Assembly (NCBI GenBank): GCA_951406725.2 | Contig: OX597814.1 | Location: 189,410,001 to 189,474,000, forward strand | Direction of reading: 5' to 3' | Length of the DNA stretch: 64,000 nucleotides | From: Octopus vulgaris | Taxonomy: Eukaryota | Shown here: in pieces, positions 12,250 to 26,669 of the stretch | Numbering within the stretch: position 1 is the first letter of the stretch | How the letters are laid out: each line of letters starts with the position of its first letter | Translations under genes and position numbers: made by a program | Notes under the pieces: generated by a model | The model's input: the letters and a program-made list of their open reading frames with translations, nothing else | The model's database searches: none | Told to the model about the DNA's origin: nothing

Positions 12250-14239
12250 TATGTATACCATAATATGAATCATTGTCTTCTCTTCTCTGAAATATACAGA
12301 GGAAATCGGAGATGAAATACAGCTATAGAGCAGCTGATCATGATGCTACTTGTATTAAAGATGTTATTTTATCTACATTGTAAGAAGAAATGCTAATTTA
12401 TATGCTTCAAGAGATGAAAGACCAAACTCACATTTTCTGTGCAATTCCAACCTGATATCTGCTCTCTGTATATTTCGAAAGCCTTAGATTTTCGAGTTCC
12501 GACCTCGTTTACAAAAAGGGAAACAAGAAGGCATATCTGGCTTACTAAAAGTCTTTTTTTTAAAAAAAGATCCTCGCATATTTATACATTCAACTGCCGA
12601 TGGAAGCCGATTCAATGCAGCTCTTTCAAAATATACATGGAATTTTAAGAATAATAATATATACTCTTATAAATTCAATTTGTACATTATACAAAACTCT
12701 TTCCGTTTCCCCAGAAGTTGCTATGTCTGTCTATTACAGGAAGTATTTTTTTTATATTGCAGCTTTTGTTGTTTTGATCAAAAAGTCGGAACTGTTAGAT
12801 TTTAACGGACGCTTCCATCACTATTTAATGAAGAATTCCAAGATACCAACTTACTAAAGTAATTTACTTCTCGCATATTGGATTTTCCATATCCTGCAAA
12901 TTGATCAATTCCTAAAAGAAGCATTCATTTATTTATTAATCATTAGAAGCTACCACCTATACTTACGCTCGCTTTCTACATATCATATTAAAAACGTGCA
13001 AAAATATTTTGTGTGGGAATATATGAATATATCATATGTATTGCGTATGACACTTTAATAGATGAATATACGATGCATTTCGTAACGGTTTTCGGCAACT
13101 AATAGAATGTACTAGCAAATATTTTTGCTCATTGTCACACTGCTTCCCTACTGCAATCGATTAAATGATCGGCAACATGAAACTCAAATTTAAGATTCAA
13201 GAAGCTTCTGCTTGAAATGATATACACACATACATTGTGTGTGAACATATTTATATATTAATACACATTGATATATATATAAATGAATATACATTTATAT
13301 ACATATACATACATACATATATATGAATACACATTTATATACATACATATATATATATATAACAACATAAATAATATATAAACATATGCATATATACATA
13401 CATATATGTACATACCTACATCTATATGTATATATACATGCATATATGGGTACAGGGCACCAAAAAACGTAGAACACAATGAGAAACGAAAACATAAAAA
13501 CAAAAACAGAAACGTCCTTTTTTTTCAAACAACAAAAAGAAACAGAGTAGAAGACATACAACACACGGAATATTCCGCAGTAAAAAACCGTAATTCGAAG
13601 GAAGATAGATTTTTTTTAATTGGCCACACAGAGCTGAACACAGGAGGGACAAAATGCAAAGTAGAGCTTTTCTTTTTGGGAAGAAGAGGCAAATAAAAAC
13701 GGTTGAAATCCGATCAAAAGGGATCGTGACAAGAAGAAAAAAGTGGGGCCGATCAATAGGGCTCGTGTATCACAGAAATGTCAATGTAAAAAGGGAAAAC
13801 AGATTAGGTTTGTCCGTAGATAGAAAAGCCTACGGAAAAGACCACAGGAACCTTGGGCAATAGTGTCATGCAAAAAGAAAACACATTACAGTAAGTGGGT
13901 CTCTTTTTTCCTTTCGTTTTTCTTTTTTTTTTTTCTTGGTTCATAAGATTATGCTCAAGCAGGCTCCGTCATTCACACGTGCCAAGGAAGATAGACAGAC
14001 TGAAAGAAACAGGGCAACAGAGGGTGACAGCCGCAAACAGATTAAGGGAAAATTCAACTCCAATGCTTGTCTTGTGCTGAAATTATCGACACCGAAATGA
14101 TGGAAAATAAAGTTGACTTCGATGAAATGTGAATTGAGAGTACACGGTACCGGAACACATACATGAACCTAGTCTATCTGTAGGACCTTAGTCCTACAGT
14201 ATTTCTGCCCTCTGTCACCATTTTGCTACCTCGCCAATA

Positions 14240-14637
14240 CTTATTTATTGCCCACAGGAGATAAACATAGAGGAGGCAAACAAAGACAGACAAACGGATT
14301 AAGTCGATTACATCGACTCCAGTGCGTAACTGGTACTTATTTAATCGACCACGAAAAGATGAAAGGCAAAGTCGACCTCGGCGGAATTTGAACTCAGAAC
14401 GTAGCTTCAGACGAAATACCAATTTCTATATTACCCACAAGGAGTTAAACACAGAGGGGACAAACAAGGACAGACACACGGATTAAGTCGATTACATCGA
14501 CCCCAGTGCGTAACTGGTACTTATTTAATCGACTCCGAAAGGATGAAAGGCAAAGTCGACCTCGGCGGAATTTGAACTCAGAACGTAACGGCAGACGAAA
14601 TACCGCGTGCTAACGATTCTGCCAGCTCGCCGCTCTT
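14240..14637 (-). mobile_element. SINE family A, tandem (dimeric) form
   Basis: Core plus 3' module repeated with about 180 bp period and a single head. Confidence 0.9.
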
Positions 14638-15199
14638 ACCTCGCCAATATTGGCTTCATCGGAGCCACAATACTTGACTCTTATTGTGGTGGAGGGAATG
14701 TAATAAATGTAATATAACATCTATAGAATTGGCAAAAATGCGAAACGCAGACCATCACAGATTTTAGAATACATTCCCTCGATTCATGATATTCTTTGAA
14801 TCAATAGAATAAGTATTGGCAGTACCGCAGGCAGCGGAATGCCAGACTCTTTAGGGCGTTGGGTTAGTTATTTGTGCTGGTACACTATGGTCTTTGTTCA
14901 TATCTCTTAATGAAGCTGATAAATATAATGCCCATCATGTAGTGAGGTCGGTTCTTTCCCCCCACTCTCTCACTTCACTCTAAATTGGATACTTTCTATC
15001 ACGAGGACGTTTGTGCCGGAGTGTAATTACAACTAATAGGGTATACTTGTCTATTCCTATTTCTTTCTCTCTCTCTCTCTCAGCCTTTCCTTGAATCAAC
15101 TGTCAACTACAGAGAACCAGTAAAAGAGTATGAATGCATGCATGAAGTTATATAGGTATATATATATATATATATATTTACATATAGGGAGGTATGCAT

Positions 15200-15355
15200 A
15201 GGCGCATGAGTGACTATGTAGTAAGTGGCTTGCTTACCAACCACATGGGCAAGTGTCTTCTACTATAGCATCAGGCCGACCAAAGCCTTGTGAATGGATT
15301 TGGTAGACGGAAACTGAAAGAAGCCCGTCGTATATATATGTATATATATATGTGT

Positions 15356-15422
<67 letters not shown>

Positions 15423-15620
15423 TTTGTTTGTGTGTCTGTGTTTGTCTCCCCAACATCGCTTGACAACCGATGGTGGTGTGTTTACATCCCCGTAGTGGTT
15501 CGGCCTAAGAGGCCGATAGAATAAGTACTGGGGTCGATTTGCTCGACTAAAGGCGGTGCTCCAGCAATGACCACGGTCAAATGACTGAAACAAGTAAAAG
15601 TGTAAAAGAGTAAAGAGTAT
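15200..15620 (+). mobile_element. SINE family B (internal deletions)
   Basis: Family match. Confidence 0.88.
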
Positions 15621-15854
15621 ATAAGCATGTATGTTTGTATTTGTGCATGACTGCACGCATAAACATGACACGGGACCACATATAGCCTGCCTTTCCTGGC
15701 CCCCAGAAATAGAGAAGTCTTGACCGAGAGACTGGTTGCCCCTTACCATAGATGAAAAATCGACATGGCTACTAAAGCAGTCTATAGACAAGACGAAGTG
15801 TACACTACGAGAATTAAGGAGGATGCTATCATTTAACCGGCAATAGTGTAACAA

Positions 15855-16275
15855 TTTTTTCTGTTATAGGCACTAGGTCTAAAATTTGAGGAGAGGGGAC
15901 TAGTTACATCTCTCTCCGGTGCTCAACTGGCACTGATTTTATCGACCCCGAAAGGAGTGAAGGCGAAGTCGACCTCGGCGCAATTTGAACTGAGAACATA
16001 AAAATGGCAGAAAAGCTTCTGAGCATTTTGTCCGGCGTGGAGACCATTCTGCCAGCTCGCCACCTTCAGCAATACAATAAGCCTTTCTGTTAAAGAAACA
16101 AGGCCCGAAATTTGGGGGGAGGGGTAATATATTACATTGACCCCCAGAACTCACCCTGCACTTAATCTCTCGAAAGCGAAATGCTGAAAGGCAAAGTCGA
16201 CCTTGGCGACTATTGAATTCAAAACGTAAAGACGGACGATATGCCGCTAACCATGTTGTCCGGCGTGCTTACAGT
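15855..16275 (-). mobile_element. Two adjacent SINE family A copies (short-tail variant)
   Basis: Two head/core matches, about 15855-16066 and 16082-16275. Confidence 0.82.
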
Positions 16276-16378
16276 TCTGTCTGTTCGTCTCCTTCTACAA
16301 TACAGTAATATTATTTATTTTATTCCTATATTTATTTTATTTTATAATTATATAATAATAGATACATAACTATATTTA

Positions 16379-16738
16379 AGGCGGCGAGCTGGCAGAAACG
16401 TTAGCACGCCGGGCGAAATGTTTGGCAGTATTTCGTCTGCCGCTACGTTCTGAGCTCAAATTCCGCCGAGGTCGACTTTGCCTTTCATTTGTTTCGGGGT
16501 CGATAAATTAAGTAATCCGTTTGTCTGTCCTTGTTTGTCCCCCCTGTGTTTAGCCCCCTGTGGGTAGTAAAGAAATAAGTATTTCGTCTGCCGTTATGTT
16601 CAAATTCTGCCGAGGTCGACTTTGCCTTTCATCCTTTCGAGGTCGATTAAATAAGTACCAGTTACGCACTTAATCCGTTTGCCTGTCCTTGTTTGTTCTC
16701 TCTATGTTTAGGCCCTTGTGGGCAAAAAAGAAATAAGT
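16379..16738 (+). mobile_element. SINE family A, tandem (dimeric) form
   Basis: Head GGCGGCGAGCTGGCAGAAACG; core repeated twice. Confidence 0.9.
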
Positions 16739-17693
16739 AATAATAACTAAATCCACTAACTATTTCTTTGTGTCACGCTCTCACCATCTTGCTTTCTTTA
16801 TATTTTTTATTATTTATTCTTTTTATTAATTTGTCGTGGTAAAGAGCTCATTGGGACACAAGGAAAGGTAATATAAGAATTAAATAGCGGACATGAACGT
16901 TTAATAACATAACCGGATAAACGCATTGTTCTATGACAATGGTTTTTCTCTTTTTTTTCAGCGTTACATTACATTCGAAAGGGTGTTGCATAGAAATACA
17001 AAATGCATGTCAAATGTGCAATGAGTCATAAGAACAAAACTCCGTCTAAGTCTAGCGAAAATTCTATAAAAAAAACAGAACCGACCTCTTGCGGTAGTTA
17101 TAGAAGGGAAGAATTAAGAATAAAGCAAAAAGACCGAAGACAAAATAAAAATTAAAAAACCAAAAACGAAAACGGTCAACCCATCTTATTAAAAGAAATG
17201 GCTTACTCATTCTACTTGTCTATAGACTGTTCCGGCTCGCTGCTACTTCAGGTCAAATGAGTTCTTCTAATATAGAAGAATAAGACGGATGAATATTTAA
17301 ACACAACGCCAAGAAAAATGCAAAGAGGCGGGCATGTTGAAATAGCGAAAATACAAAACCAACAAAATGAACGTAAGAAACGAATAAAAGGTTTCTTTAA
17401 CTTCTTCAGCGAGAGGGTGTTACAGTCGACACCCTCTAATTAAGTATGGCTTGTATGCAATTATACATACATATACACAGATGTGTGTGTGTGTGTATAT
17501 ATATATATGTATATATGTATATATATATATATGTATGTAAATATATATATATGTATATATATATGCATGTAATATATATGTATGTATATATCTATATATA
17601 TACATATATATGTATATATGTATATATATATGTATGTAAATATATATATATATACATATATATGTATATATGTATATATATATATGTATGTAA

Positions 17694-17729
<36 letters not shown>

Positions 17730-17743
17730 ATATATATATGTAT

Positions 17744-17785
<42 letters not shown>

Positions 17786-18249
17786 ATGTATCTATATGTG
17801 TGAACATGTGTGCATGCATGTATATGCACACACAGACTTATGCATGTTTTTATGTGTGTATGTGTGAGTGAGTGTGTGTGTATACGTGCCACCGAGTGCG
17901 CGCGTATGTGCTTGCATAAGCGTTTGTATGCCGTGACTCCGTGTGTGTGTGTGTGTGTGTCTATGTGTGTCTGTGTGTGAATAATGAACAGGTGATCACA
18001 AACAAGATCGAATAATGAAGCGGGATTATGCCAGAGAGGAAACAGTACAATATACCATAAAGTACTAGGTTATGTGAATAATGTGACCAGGTTATATTGG
18101 TACACCTCCATCCGTTAAATTTATGATACGATAAAATGGATGCTGAAATAAAGATGAATATAAAACTTATAACACTTTCTGTCATGATTATCGTGGCCAA
18201 CACGGTCGAATTATTGCTATCCAGATCGATTTCGTTGTTCTTTTATTCT

Positions 18250-18657
18250 TATATTCTTTTACTTGTTTCAGTCATTTGAGTGCGGTCATGCTGGAGCACC
18301 GCCTTTAGTCGAGAAAATCGACCCCAGAGCTTATCGTTAAGATTAGTACTTATTCTCTTGATCTCTTTTGCCGAACCGCTTAGTTACGGTGACATAAACA
18401 TACCAGCATCGGTTGTCAAGCGATGTTGGGGGGACAAACACAGACACACAAACACATACACATATATGTATGTATATATATATATACATATACGACGGAT
18501 TTCTTCCAGTTTCCGTCTTCCAAATCCACTCACAAGGCTTTGGTCGGTCCGAGGCTATAGTAGAAGACACTTGCCCAATGTGGCACGCCGTAGGACTGAA
18601 CCTATGACCATGTGGTTGGTAAGCAAGCTATCAACCACACAGCCACTCCTGCGCCTA
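18250..18657 (-). mobile_element. SINE family B, full length
   Basis: Family match. Confidence 0.92.
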
Positions 18658-18670
18658 TAAAATGTGTGTC

Positions 18671-18787
18671 GCTTACAGCACCTAGGTTACCCAAGAGGTC
18701 AACCATTTAAGTACTAACTAGGCTTGACGTTGCTTAACTTCGATGATCGGACGAGACCGGTGCTTTCAACGTGAAATGGCCGTTGTT
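18671..18787 (-). rRNA. 5S rRNA-like sequence, solitary, probably a pseudogene
   Basis: Minus strand ACGGCCATTTCACGTTGAAAGCACCGGTCTCGTCCGATCATCGAAGTTAAGCAACGTC...TTAGTACTT...GGTGCTGTAAGC follows the metazoan 5S consensus over about 117 nt with several substitutions. Confidence 0.9.
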
Positions 18788-19150
18788 TATGATTTTGTTG
18801 TTGTTTTACAGCTACCATTTGGCACATATAAGCTCCGGTTTTACATAATCACCAATAGTTATACGCTTTTCAAAAATATAATTCTTTCTGTTATTGGCGC
18901 AAAACCTGAAAACCCTATGAAGGTAGTGCTCGTCCATTACACCGAACTCAGTGCGAAACTGGGAACTTTATTTTATCAATTCTGAAAGGATGAAAGGCAA
19001 TGACGAACTGAGTGGAGTTTGAACTCGAAAGGTAAAAAGCGGAAGAAATATCGCTTAAATGTCTTTTTCTTCAACGTGCTAAACGATTCTGCCAGGTTAC
19101 CGCCTCAGAAATATATAACGAACACTAGCTTACAGTGCTCTCGGTCTTAC

Positions 19151-19486
19151 TGGTGGCGGCGATGGTGCCGGTGGTGGTGGCGGCAGCGGCGGCGATGGTG
19201 GCGGTGGCGGCGGTGATGATGATGAGGACGAGGACGAAAAGGAGGAGGAGGGGAAGCAGAGGAGGGGGAGGAGGGGGAATGAGAGAAGGTGGAGAAAGAG
19301 GAGGACGAGGGGGAGTAATACGTGGTGGAGGGATGATGTGGGGGGAAGTGGTAGTGGTGTTGTAGTTGTGTTAACGGTGAGGAAGAACATGACGAGGAAA
19401 GTAGGAGGCTGGAGGTTATTAATGATGGCGGCCACACTCATGTCGAGTCTCACGACGACGACGATGATGATGATGATGACGATGAC

Positions 19487-19544
<58 letters not shown>

Positions 19545-19712
19545 ATGATGGCGGCTGCGGTGGTGGTGGTGGTGGTGGGGATGACGATGATGATGCTGAT
19601 TATGATGATGATGATGATTGTGGTGGTGGTGATGACGACGACGATGATGATGATGATGATGATGGTGGTGATGAAGATGATGATGACGGCGATGACGACC
19701 ACGAACACGGTG
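19151..19712. repeat. GC-rich compound trinucleotide tract (GGC/GGT/GGA/GAT)
   Basis: Read directly from the sequence. Confidence 0.9.
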
Positions 19713-20025
19713 ACCCCCGATCCTCTTTAATGGTCAGAGGTGAGCGAAAGATTGATATAAGTAGCATTGTTAAGAAATTGTGGGCAAGAAAAAAAAAATC
19801 ATAAGAAAAAAATGGCTAATAGTCTGGAACTAGGTTACGTAATTGGTGTGGCTAGCTGGGAGATCAGACGTTTTAGTACGTCGAGAGACGTAAGTGCAGT
19901 TTGAAATCTGTTGCATGTGTTATTTTAATTAACGGTTTATACGTACATATCTGCACACACACACACACACACACATAACACAGATACATATATGTGTGTG
20001 AATATATACATACATACATACATAT

Positions 20026-20085
<60 letters not shown>

Positions 20086-20148
20086 ATATATGTACTTATA
20101 TATGGACAGTGCTTATAGGCCTTGTGCCTTTAGTAGAAAGGAAATAGT

Positions 20149-20489
20149 GAAGGCGCATAGCTTAGTGGTTAGAGCGTCGAGCTTACGATCGTGATGTTGT
20201 GAGCTCGAATCCCGGACCGGGCTGCGTTTCGTGTTCTTGAGCAAGACACTTTATTTCACGTTGCTCCAGTTCACTCAGTTGTAGAAATGAGTTGCGATGT
20301 CACAGATGCCAAGCTGTATTGGCCCTTGCCTTTCCCTTGGATAACACTGGTGGCGTGGAGAGGGGAGGCCGGTATGCATGGGCGGCTGCTGGTCTTCCAT
20401 AAACAACATTGCCCGGACTTGTGCCTGGGTGGGTAACTAACTTTCTAGGTGCAATCCCATAGTCAGTGTGGTGACCGAAGGAGGTCTCA
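20149..20489 (+). mobile_element. SINE family C (tRNA head plus V/CORE-like box)
   Basis: TAGCTTAGTGGTTAGAGC A box, GCTCGAATCCC B box, then GTGTTCTTGAGCAAGACACTTTATTTCACGTTGCTCCAG. Confidence 0.8.
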
Positions 20490-20593
20490 GAAAGGAAACG
20501 TACAGTATTTATAATGGTCGGGCGGCGTAGGGTCTTTGACGATCTCTTCTCTGCATTTTATATGAACAAGCAAGTCAGTTCAGAGAGTAATAC

Positions 20594-21125
20594 CGGTTTC
20601 AAAGTTTGGCACAATGTCAGCAGTTTCGGGGGAGGGGGCATAATTCAATTACATCGACCCCAGTGCGTAACTGGCACTTAATTTATCGACCTCGAAATGA
20701 TGAAAGGCAAAGTCGACCTCGGTGGAATTTGAACTCAGAACGTAACGGCAGAGGAAATTCTTATTTCTATTTCTTTACTACCCACAAGGGGATAAACACA
20801 GAGGGGAAAAACAAGGACAGACAAACGGATTAAGTCGATTACATCGACCCCAGTGCGTAACTGGTACTTTATTTATCGACCCCGAAAGGATGAGAGGCAA
20901 AGTCGAACTCAGTGGAATTTGAACTCAGAGCGTAACGGCAGACGAAATACCGCCAAGCATTTCGCCCAGCGTGCAAACGTTTCTGCCAGCTCGCCGCCTT
21001 TGCCAAATCCACTCACAAGACTTTGACCGACCCGAGGCTATAGTAGAAGACACTTGCTCGAGTGGAATTGAACCCGGAACCATGTTGTTGAGAAGCAAAC
21101 TTCTTACCACACAGTCACACCTGCG
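20594..21125 (-). mobile_element. SINE family A dimer abutting a partial family B head
   Basis: Family A match 20594-21000; family B match 21001-21125. Confidence 0.85.
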
Positions 21126-22793
21126 ACTATAATCCACACCTAATCCTACACACACGCACACGCAACACATGCGCGTTAACTGTTGACCCTGGGGAAAATG
21201 AATACACAATAGCGTAGGTATAGTAAGTCTCTTGCTACTGAGTTTTATTGTGGGTGCTCAGAACCTTGAGGAAGTTATGATACTCAATACTCGCCTGAAG
21301 ATTTTATACTCCCCCGAGTATAACTCGAAGCAGTGAGAGATTATTCGAACATAATAATATACATGCGTGTATGTGTGCGTCTACATATGTACGTGTGTAT
21401 TTCTTCAACGGATACGTGTGTCTCTGTATACAGTTGCACATATACTTGTGTATATATGTTTGCGTGCAGATGTGAATAAGAAAGATATAGGAAGTGTGTG
21501 TTTGAGCGTCTGAATCTAAAATAGATATTTTTCCAAATTGCAAAATGGTTACGCACTTTGATTAGCTTCTTCGATTTTAACATTTGACACACATGGATTA
21601 TTCTTTTATTTGATGCAATAGAAATTTTTCAGCTTAACTCCCCAGCTCCTCTTCTCTTTCCCTCTATCCTTCATATGTAATAGTATTTAACTTTTATACA
21701 CGAAGTTTAAACCAAAAAAAAAAAAAAAAAAGACAGAATATAAATACGTTTTTTCAAAAACTACATCTAATTGACATTTTTTGTACTCAGCAGAAAATAT
21801 CTTTTCTGAAACGATGACTAAATGTTTCATATTTACAAAAGCCGGAGGATCAAAGGTGTTTTCCTTCGTCAACACAACGTTTTTATTTCTATTCCCATTT
21901 CTGAGCGCCAAATCGATAAACAGTCGATCGCCACTGTTTATTGATTGGTCAGTGATTAACCTAAAAGATTATTTTACTACTCAATAACAACAACTATTCG
22001 ACTACATTAATTGCTCACATTATTTTTTACAAAATATGTTACTCAATGCCCTTACATATAAAACACCACTAAACTCTGATTTTACGATCGGAAGACCATT
22101 GAAACCAAGACAGATTTGTTTAATCTTGTCTTTTGTGTGTTTGGTAAATTGATTGTCAAAAAAGATTATAAAAAGGTCCTATTTTTTCTATTTTATCTTT
22201 CTCCCCTCTCTTTCTCTCAAACTCTTTCCATTTCCTATCTCTCCCCATATATCTTTCCTTTTTTTTTTGTTCTCCTCCTCCTCTCACAGTCAATCACAGT
22301 TTGTTGGTCGGCGTAAAACATCTGTTATAGTGCAACCAGCTATGAAGTGATAATTTCTTCCTTTCCCCACGTTTCATGCACTATCAATCCATCCATCGTG
22401 CATTCAACCTCCATTTTGTTTCAACAAGATTTTCAAGAATGGAAACAATTCAGAATAACAACAGCAATGAACGCTTTGCTTTTTAGGGGAGAGCCAATTC
22501 AGTAACTTCACTACATGTGCATCTCAAGTATCCTTTTTCTTTTTTTTTTCTTTTTTTAGTTAATGTACAGCAACAAGATTCGTCAATGACCTGATGAATG
22601 TCAATAAAAAGGAAGAAAGAAAGATACAGAGAAAGGAAATAAAGAGAAGGAAGGAAGGAAGGGAGAGAGGAAGGAAGGAAGCTGACTAATTGAAAGAAAA
22701 ATGGTTTCAATGGACATTTAGAAATTAATACCAAGAATGTAACACGAACAATATTAAATGGTTGTGTGACTGAGCAGCAGCAACAGCAGCAAC

Positions 22794-22872
<79 letters not shown>

Positions 22873-23284
22873 GGTGGTGGTGGGCGTGGTGGTGGTGATG
22901 GTGGTGGTGGTAGTGGTGGTGGTGGTGATGGTGGTGGTGATGGTGGTAGTGGTGGTGGTGGTATTGTGATTTGTAATATATGCACAAGGCGAGATGTATT
23001 AGATGTGGGTAGAACCTTTGTAAGCAATTCCAGTAACTGGCCGGTGCTTATTTTATCAACTAAAGAAACATGAAAATTAAAGTGGATACCAGCCTAATCT
23101 GGCCTGTAATGACTCTTGTAGATAAAAAGATTAAATTCGGACTAACAAACCAACATGAAAAAGGGAGAGAGGGACCGATTTCCTGAAGGCTTTTGTAAAT
23201 GTTTCTCCAGTCGAATTCTGACACACCGTAAGTCAGGAATAACTGGAAAATGTTTTTACAACAGAAAAATTGAACCATCTCTTG

Positions 23285-23772
23285 TCATCATCATCATTGT
23301 TCGACCGTGGTCGAGACAATGGAATTTACCATGCTACGCCAGACTTCACGGTCCATCATAGCATTACGGAGGTCCTGTTGCTGAATGCCTGTATCCCTGG
23401 AGATTACATCAGGGTAGGAGAGTGTGCGCCCTCTGGTATTGCGAGTAGATGGCTTCCAGAGTCGAAGAGTAGAAATTACCTCTTTTTCAGCTCTACAACA
23501 ATGTCCAGCAAACTGGACTCTCCTACCTTTCACAAGAGATGACACAGGTGGTAGTTTCCCATATATTTGCATTTTGGTTGGATGGCGCTTCCACGAGAGA
23601 TTTTAAGCTCTCATAAGGAGGCGAGTGTAGGTTCCATCCAACCGCCTCTCAAGCTTCTTTGATAACGTCCAGGTTTCTGAGCCATATAGTAGAATTGGTT
23701 CGACTGTGGCTTTGAAGATTTCAAGTTTGAAGTCTCTACTTAGATTTGATGACCAGATCTTATGCATGTCAT
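23285..23772 (-). mobile_element. RTE-clade LINE, 5'-truncated 3' end
   Basis: KIWSSNLSRDFKLEIFKATVEPILLYGSETWTL...RRVQFAGHCCR...AMMDREVWR with one in-frame stop; (TGA)n tail. Confidence 0.92.
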
Positions 23773-23889
23773 GAAGACGTAGAATATTCCCACTAAACTC
23801 CTTTTCTATACGACCTAAATATCTGTAACTAAACTGCTAAACCAGGTTTAACAAGGATACATAACCAGCCAGATAATATGCAGCTAGAA

Positions 23890-24640
23890 AACAAAATATA
23901 TGTTGCAGAGATTTCGTATAGAATTTGCCAGGAAATTCGGTTTAGAAAAGTCAGTCAAGGCAACTCTGAAGCGAGAAAAATTAATTAAAAAAAACTACTA
24001 ATATCATGTTAAATTAAGAATCAGAGACAAGTGAATTATACCAAACACAGACATAGAACTAGTTAAGAATTAATAAACTATGTAGTAGAGTACACACAAA
24101 TGAAAGCGATATTAGAAAATAAAATTGTAAACACATTAAATTAATATTTAAATCCGAGAATAAAAATTAAGTTATTGGTTATCAATTATGTGGTTGTTCA
24201 AATAATAAGTTATGCTGATTCACTTAACTGGAGTCTAAGTGAATTAGCAATAATAAATAGTAAAGCAATGAAAATAATGGTAGCATTCAGAACACACCAC
24301 TCAGAAGAGAATAGAACGATAAATTTCCTATGAAATATCAGAAGCAAAGGTATTCTCGAGTTAGTAAATTATCATTTCTACTGCATGATTACAATTAGAG
24401 CTGGTAAGGCATAAGACGAGCCTATAACAAGTAGCTACAAAACATGGAGGACAACACTGATTTCTGTCTTCAAGAAGACGATTAATATCAGACAAACACG
24501 GTGAAGAGGAAAAAGCAGCGACTACTAAAAATTTAGAAATTGAAAATAAAATTACAGGATATCTTTATAAGATATTTGGGAAAGAAAAGTGCCTACATGC
24601 CAAATAAAAACTATTAAAGCGGTAGTGGATAACAAGTGTG
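23890..24640 (+). pseudogene. Very decayed R4/Dong-like RT C-terminal region
   Basis: Fragments FGLEKSVKATLKR (cf. FGLEKCAKATLKRGK), LNWSLSEL and AFRTHHSE (cf. MHHPKAD) in the expected order. Confidence 0.55.
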
Positions 24641-24862
24641 TATATATTCAATGCTTTTGAATCTCTTTAACAATTCACAATAATGACTTTTATTACTTTT
24701 ATTCCTACCTCAGTTCATCTAATTGTATATATATCTATCGTTACTTTTCATAAAAAGCCTTTACTTTTTTTGATTTCCAATGTGCATTTTCGCTTATTTT
24801 CCTTCTTACTTTCCCTTTACATTTCCACGTGTAGCTTCTATTTTCTTTTCGTAACATATTTC

Positions 24863-24896
<34 letters not shown>

Positions 24897-25127
24897 TAGA
24901 AACATTCTTGTCACAACCTGGGACCTTGAAGACTGCTTAAATGCAAGAAAGTATACTAGTCCTTTAATATTTGATATTCAATATTTCATCTATTCAATAA
25001 GACAATCAATACTTCATTTCATTTTACTATATATATATATTATTTATACTATATATTCAATATTCTACATTAATATTATAAGAATATAAATAAAACATAA
25101 AAAACAGAGTTGGAATTCCTTTGAATA

Positions 25128-25197
<70 letters not shown>

Positions 25198-25384
25198 ATG
25201 TGTATGTATATATACATATATGTATATATGTATGTATACACACACATATATATGTATATATTTGTTATCCACTACTGCTTGTAACTATACACGTTCTGTT
25301 GGTGATGTTTTCCCTTCTCTGGGCTTTACTGTTTTCCTTTCTGACGAAGAGCTAGGTTATTTTTAATGTTCGATTATTTGATTT

Positions 25385-25455
<71 letters not shown>

Positions 25456-25977
25456 CGTGTGTAAGTATGTATGTATAGTAAAGCAGTGGTTGAAAAGCAT
25501 TAGACTCAAACCTAAGAATAAAGTAGTTTCGACTCTCATTCTTTCCACCAGAAAATTCCAACAAATTAGAATACAAAAGAGAACGGCAGAATATGTGAAG
25601 ACTTTTAAAACAATCAATAGTTTCTGGTACCCAAGGAAGAATATATACAGAAAGATATCAGTGCTAAATATTTTACATATGAGGAAACTGCTAGTATTAC
25701 CAATGAGGAAAAATAGTGCATATACACATCACAAAATTCTTCAGAGAATGGAAATCTATCGTATATTCTGGAACATGCAGAGGTCTGACTGTCAGTAATA
25801 TTTAGCATATATTATTATTATAAATTATTGAGTTCAAATTCCGCTGATGTTGACTTTGCCTTTCATACTCTCTGTGTCGATAAAATAAGTAACAGTTGAG
25901 TACTGGGGTCGCGGTAATCGACTCGTCCCCTCCAATAAAATTTCTGGTATTTGAAATCAATATTATTATAAATTATA

Positions 25978-26121
25978 GGCGTAGCTTGCTTACGAACCAC
26001 GTAGTTCTAGGTTGAATCCCACTGCGTCGCACCTTGGGCGTCTTCTACTATAGCCTCGGGCCGGCCAAATACTTGTGAATGGATTTGATAGACAGAAACT
26101 CAAAGAAGCCCGTCGTGTATA

Positions 26122-26189
<68 letters not shown>

Positions 26190-26420
26190 TGTATGTGTGT
26201 GTATATGTTTGTGTGTCTGTGTTTGTCCCCCCCCCCCACCAACATCGCTTGACAACCGATGCTGGTGTGTTTACGTCCCCGTAACTTAGCTGTTCGGCAA
26301 AAGAGACCGATTGAATAAGTACTAGGCTTACAAAGAATAAGTCCTGGGGTCGATTTGCTCGACTAAAGGCGGTGCTCCAGCATGACCACAGTCATATTAC
26401 CGAAACAAGTAAAAGAGTGA
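25978..26420 (+). mobile_element. SINE family B
   Basis: Family match. Confidence 0.9.
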
Positions 26421-26669
26421 ATGGTTATCAGAAAGTAAGAATTCCTAATTCATGTTTCAGTGCCAATGTGCAATGTATCAATTCGAAGAAAAAGCAATAC
26501 AAATACATCTCAAAGGGATGGAAGGAACTATCTAAATGTTAATGCCTAGAAATAGAGATGGCTGGAATATGGAGATTGAAAACACAAGAATCCTCATCAT
26601 ACTTGTTGCACAAACACTCTTACACTCAACCATACACACATATCTATACACACACACGCCCGTATACTT

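Noticed and set aside
14240-14637. CRISPR-like or other prokaryotic repeat array
   Set aside because: The repeats are SINE bodies without unique spacers, and there are no prokaryotic genes in the window
19130-19730. Overlapping poly-amino-acid ORFs (poly-M, I, P, G)
   Set aside because: Trinucleotide repeat tract with no domain or splice evidence
19812-19895. ATG-started 26-codon stretch ending at GTAAGT (MANSLELGYVIGVASWEIRRFSTSRD)
   Set aside because: No recognisable protein similarity or downstream exon; needs RNA-seq
20149-20222. tRNA gene
   Set aside because: The tRNA-like head continues into a SINE body and the acceptor stem does not close properly
22487-22536. Possible 41-nt exon ending in a U12-type donor GTATCCTTT
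   Set aside because: A 9-mer like this is expected roughly once by chance in 64 kb of AT-rich DNA. Upstream ATG frames hit stops and no partner exon was found
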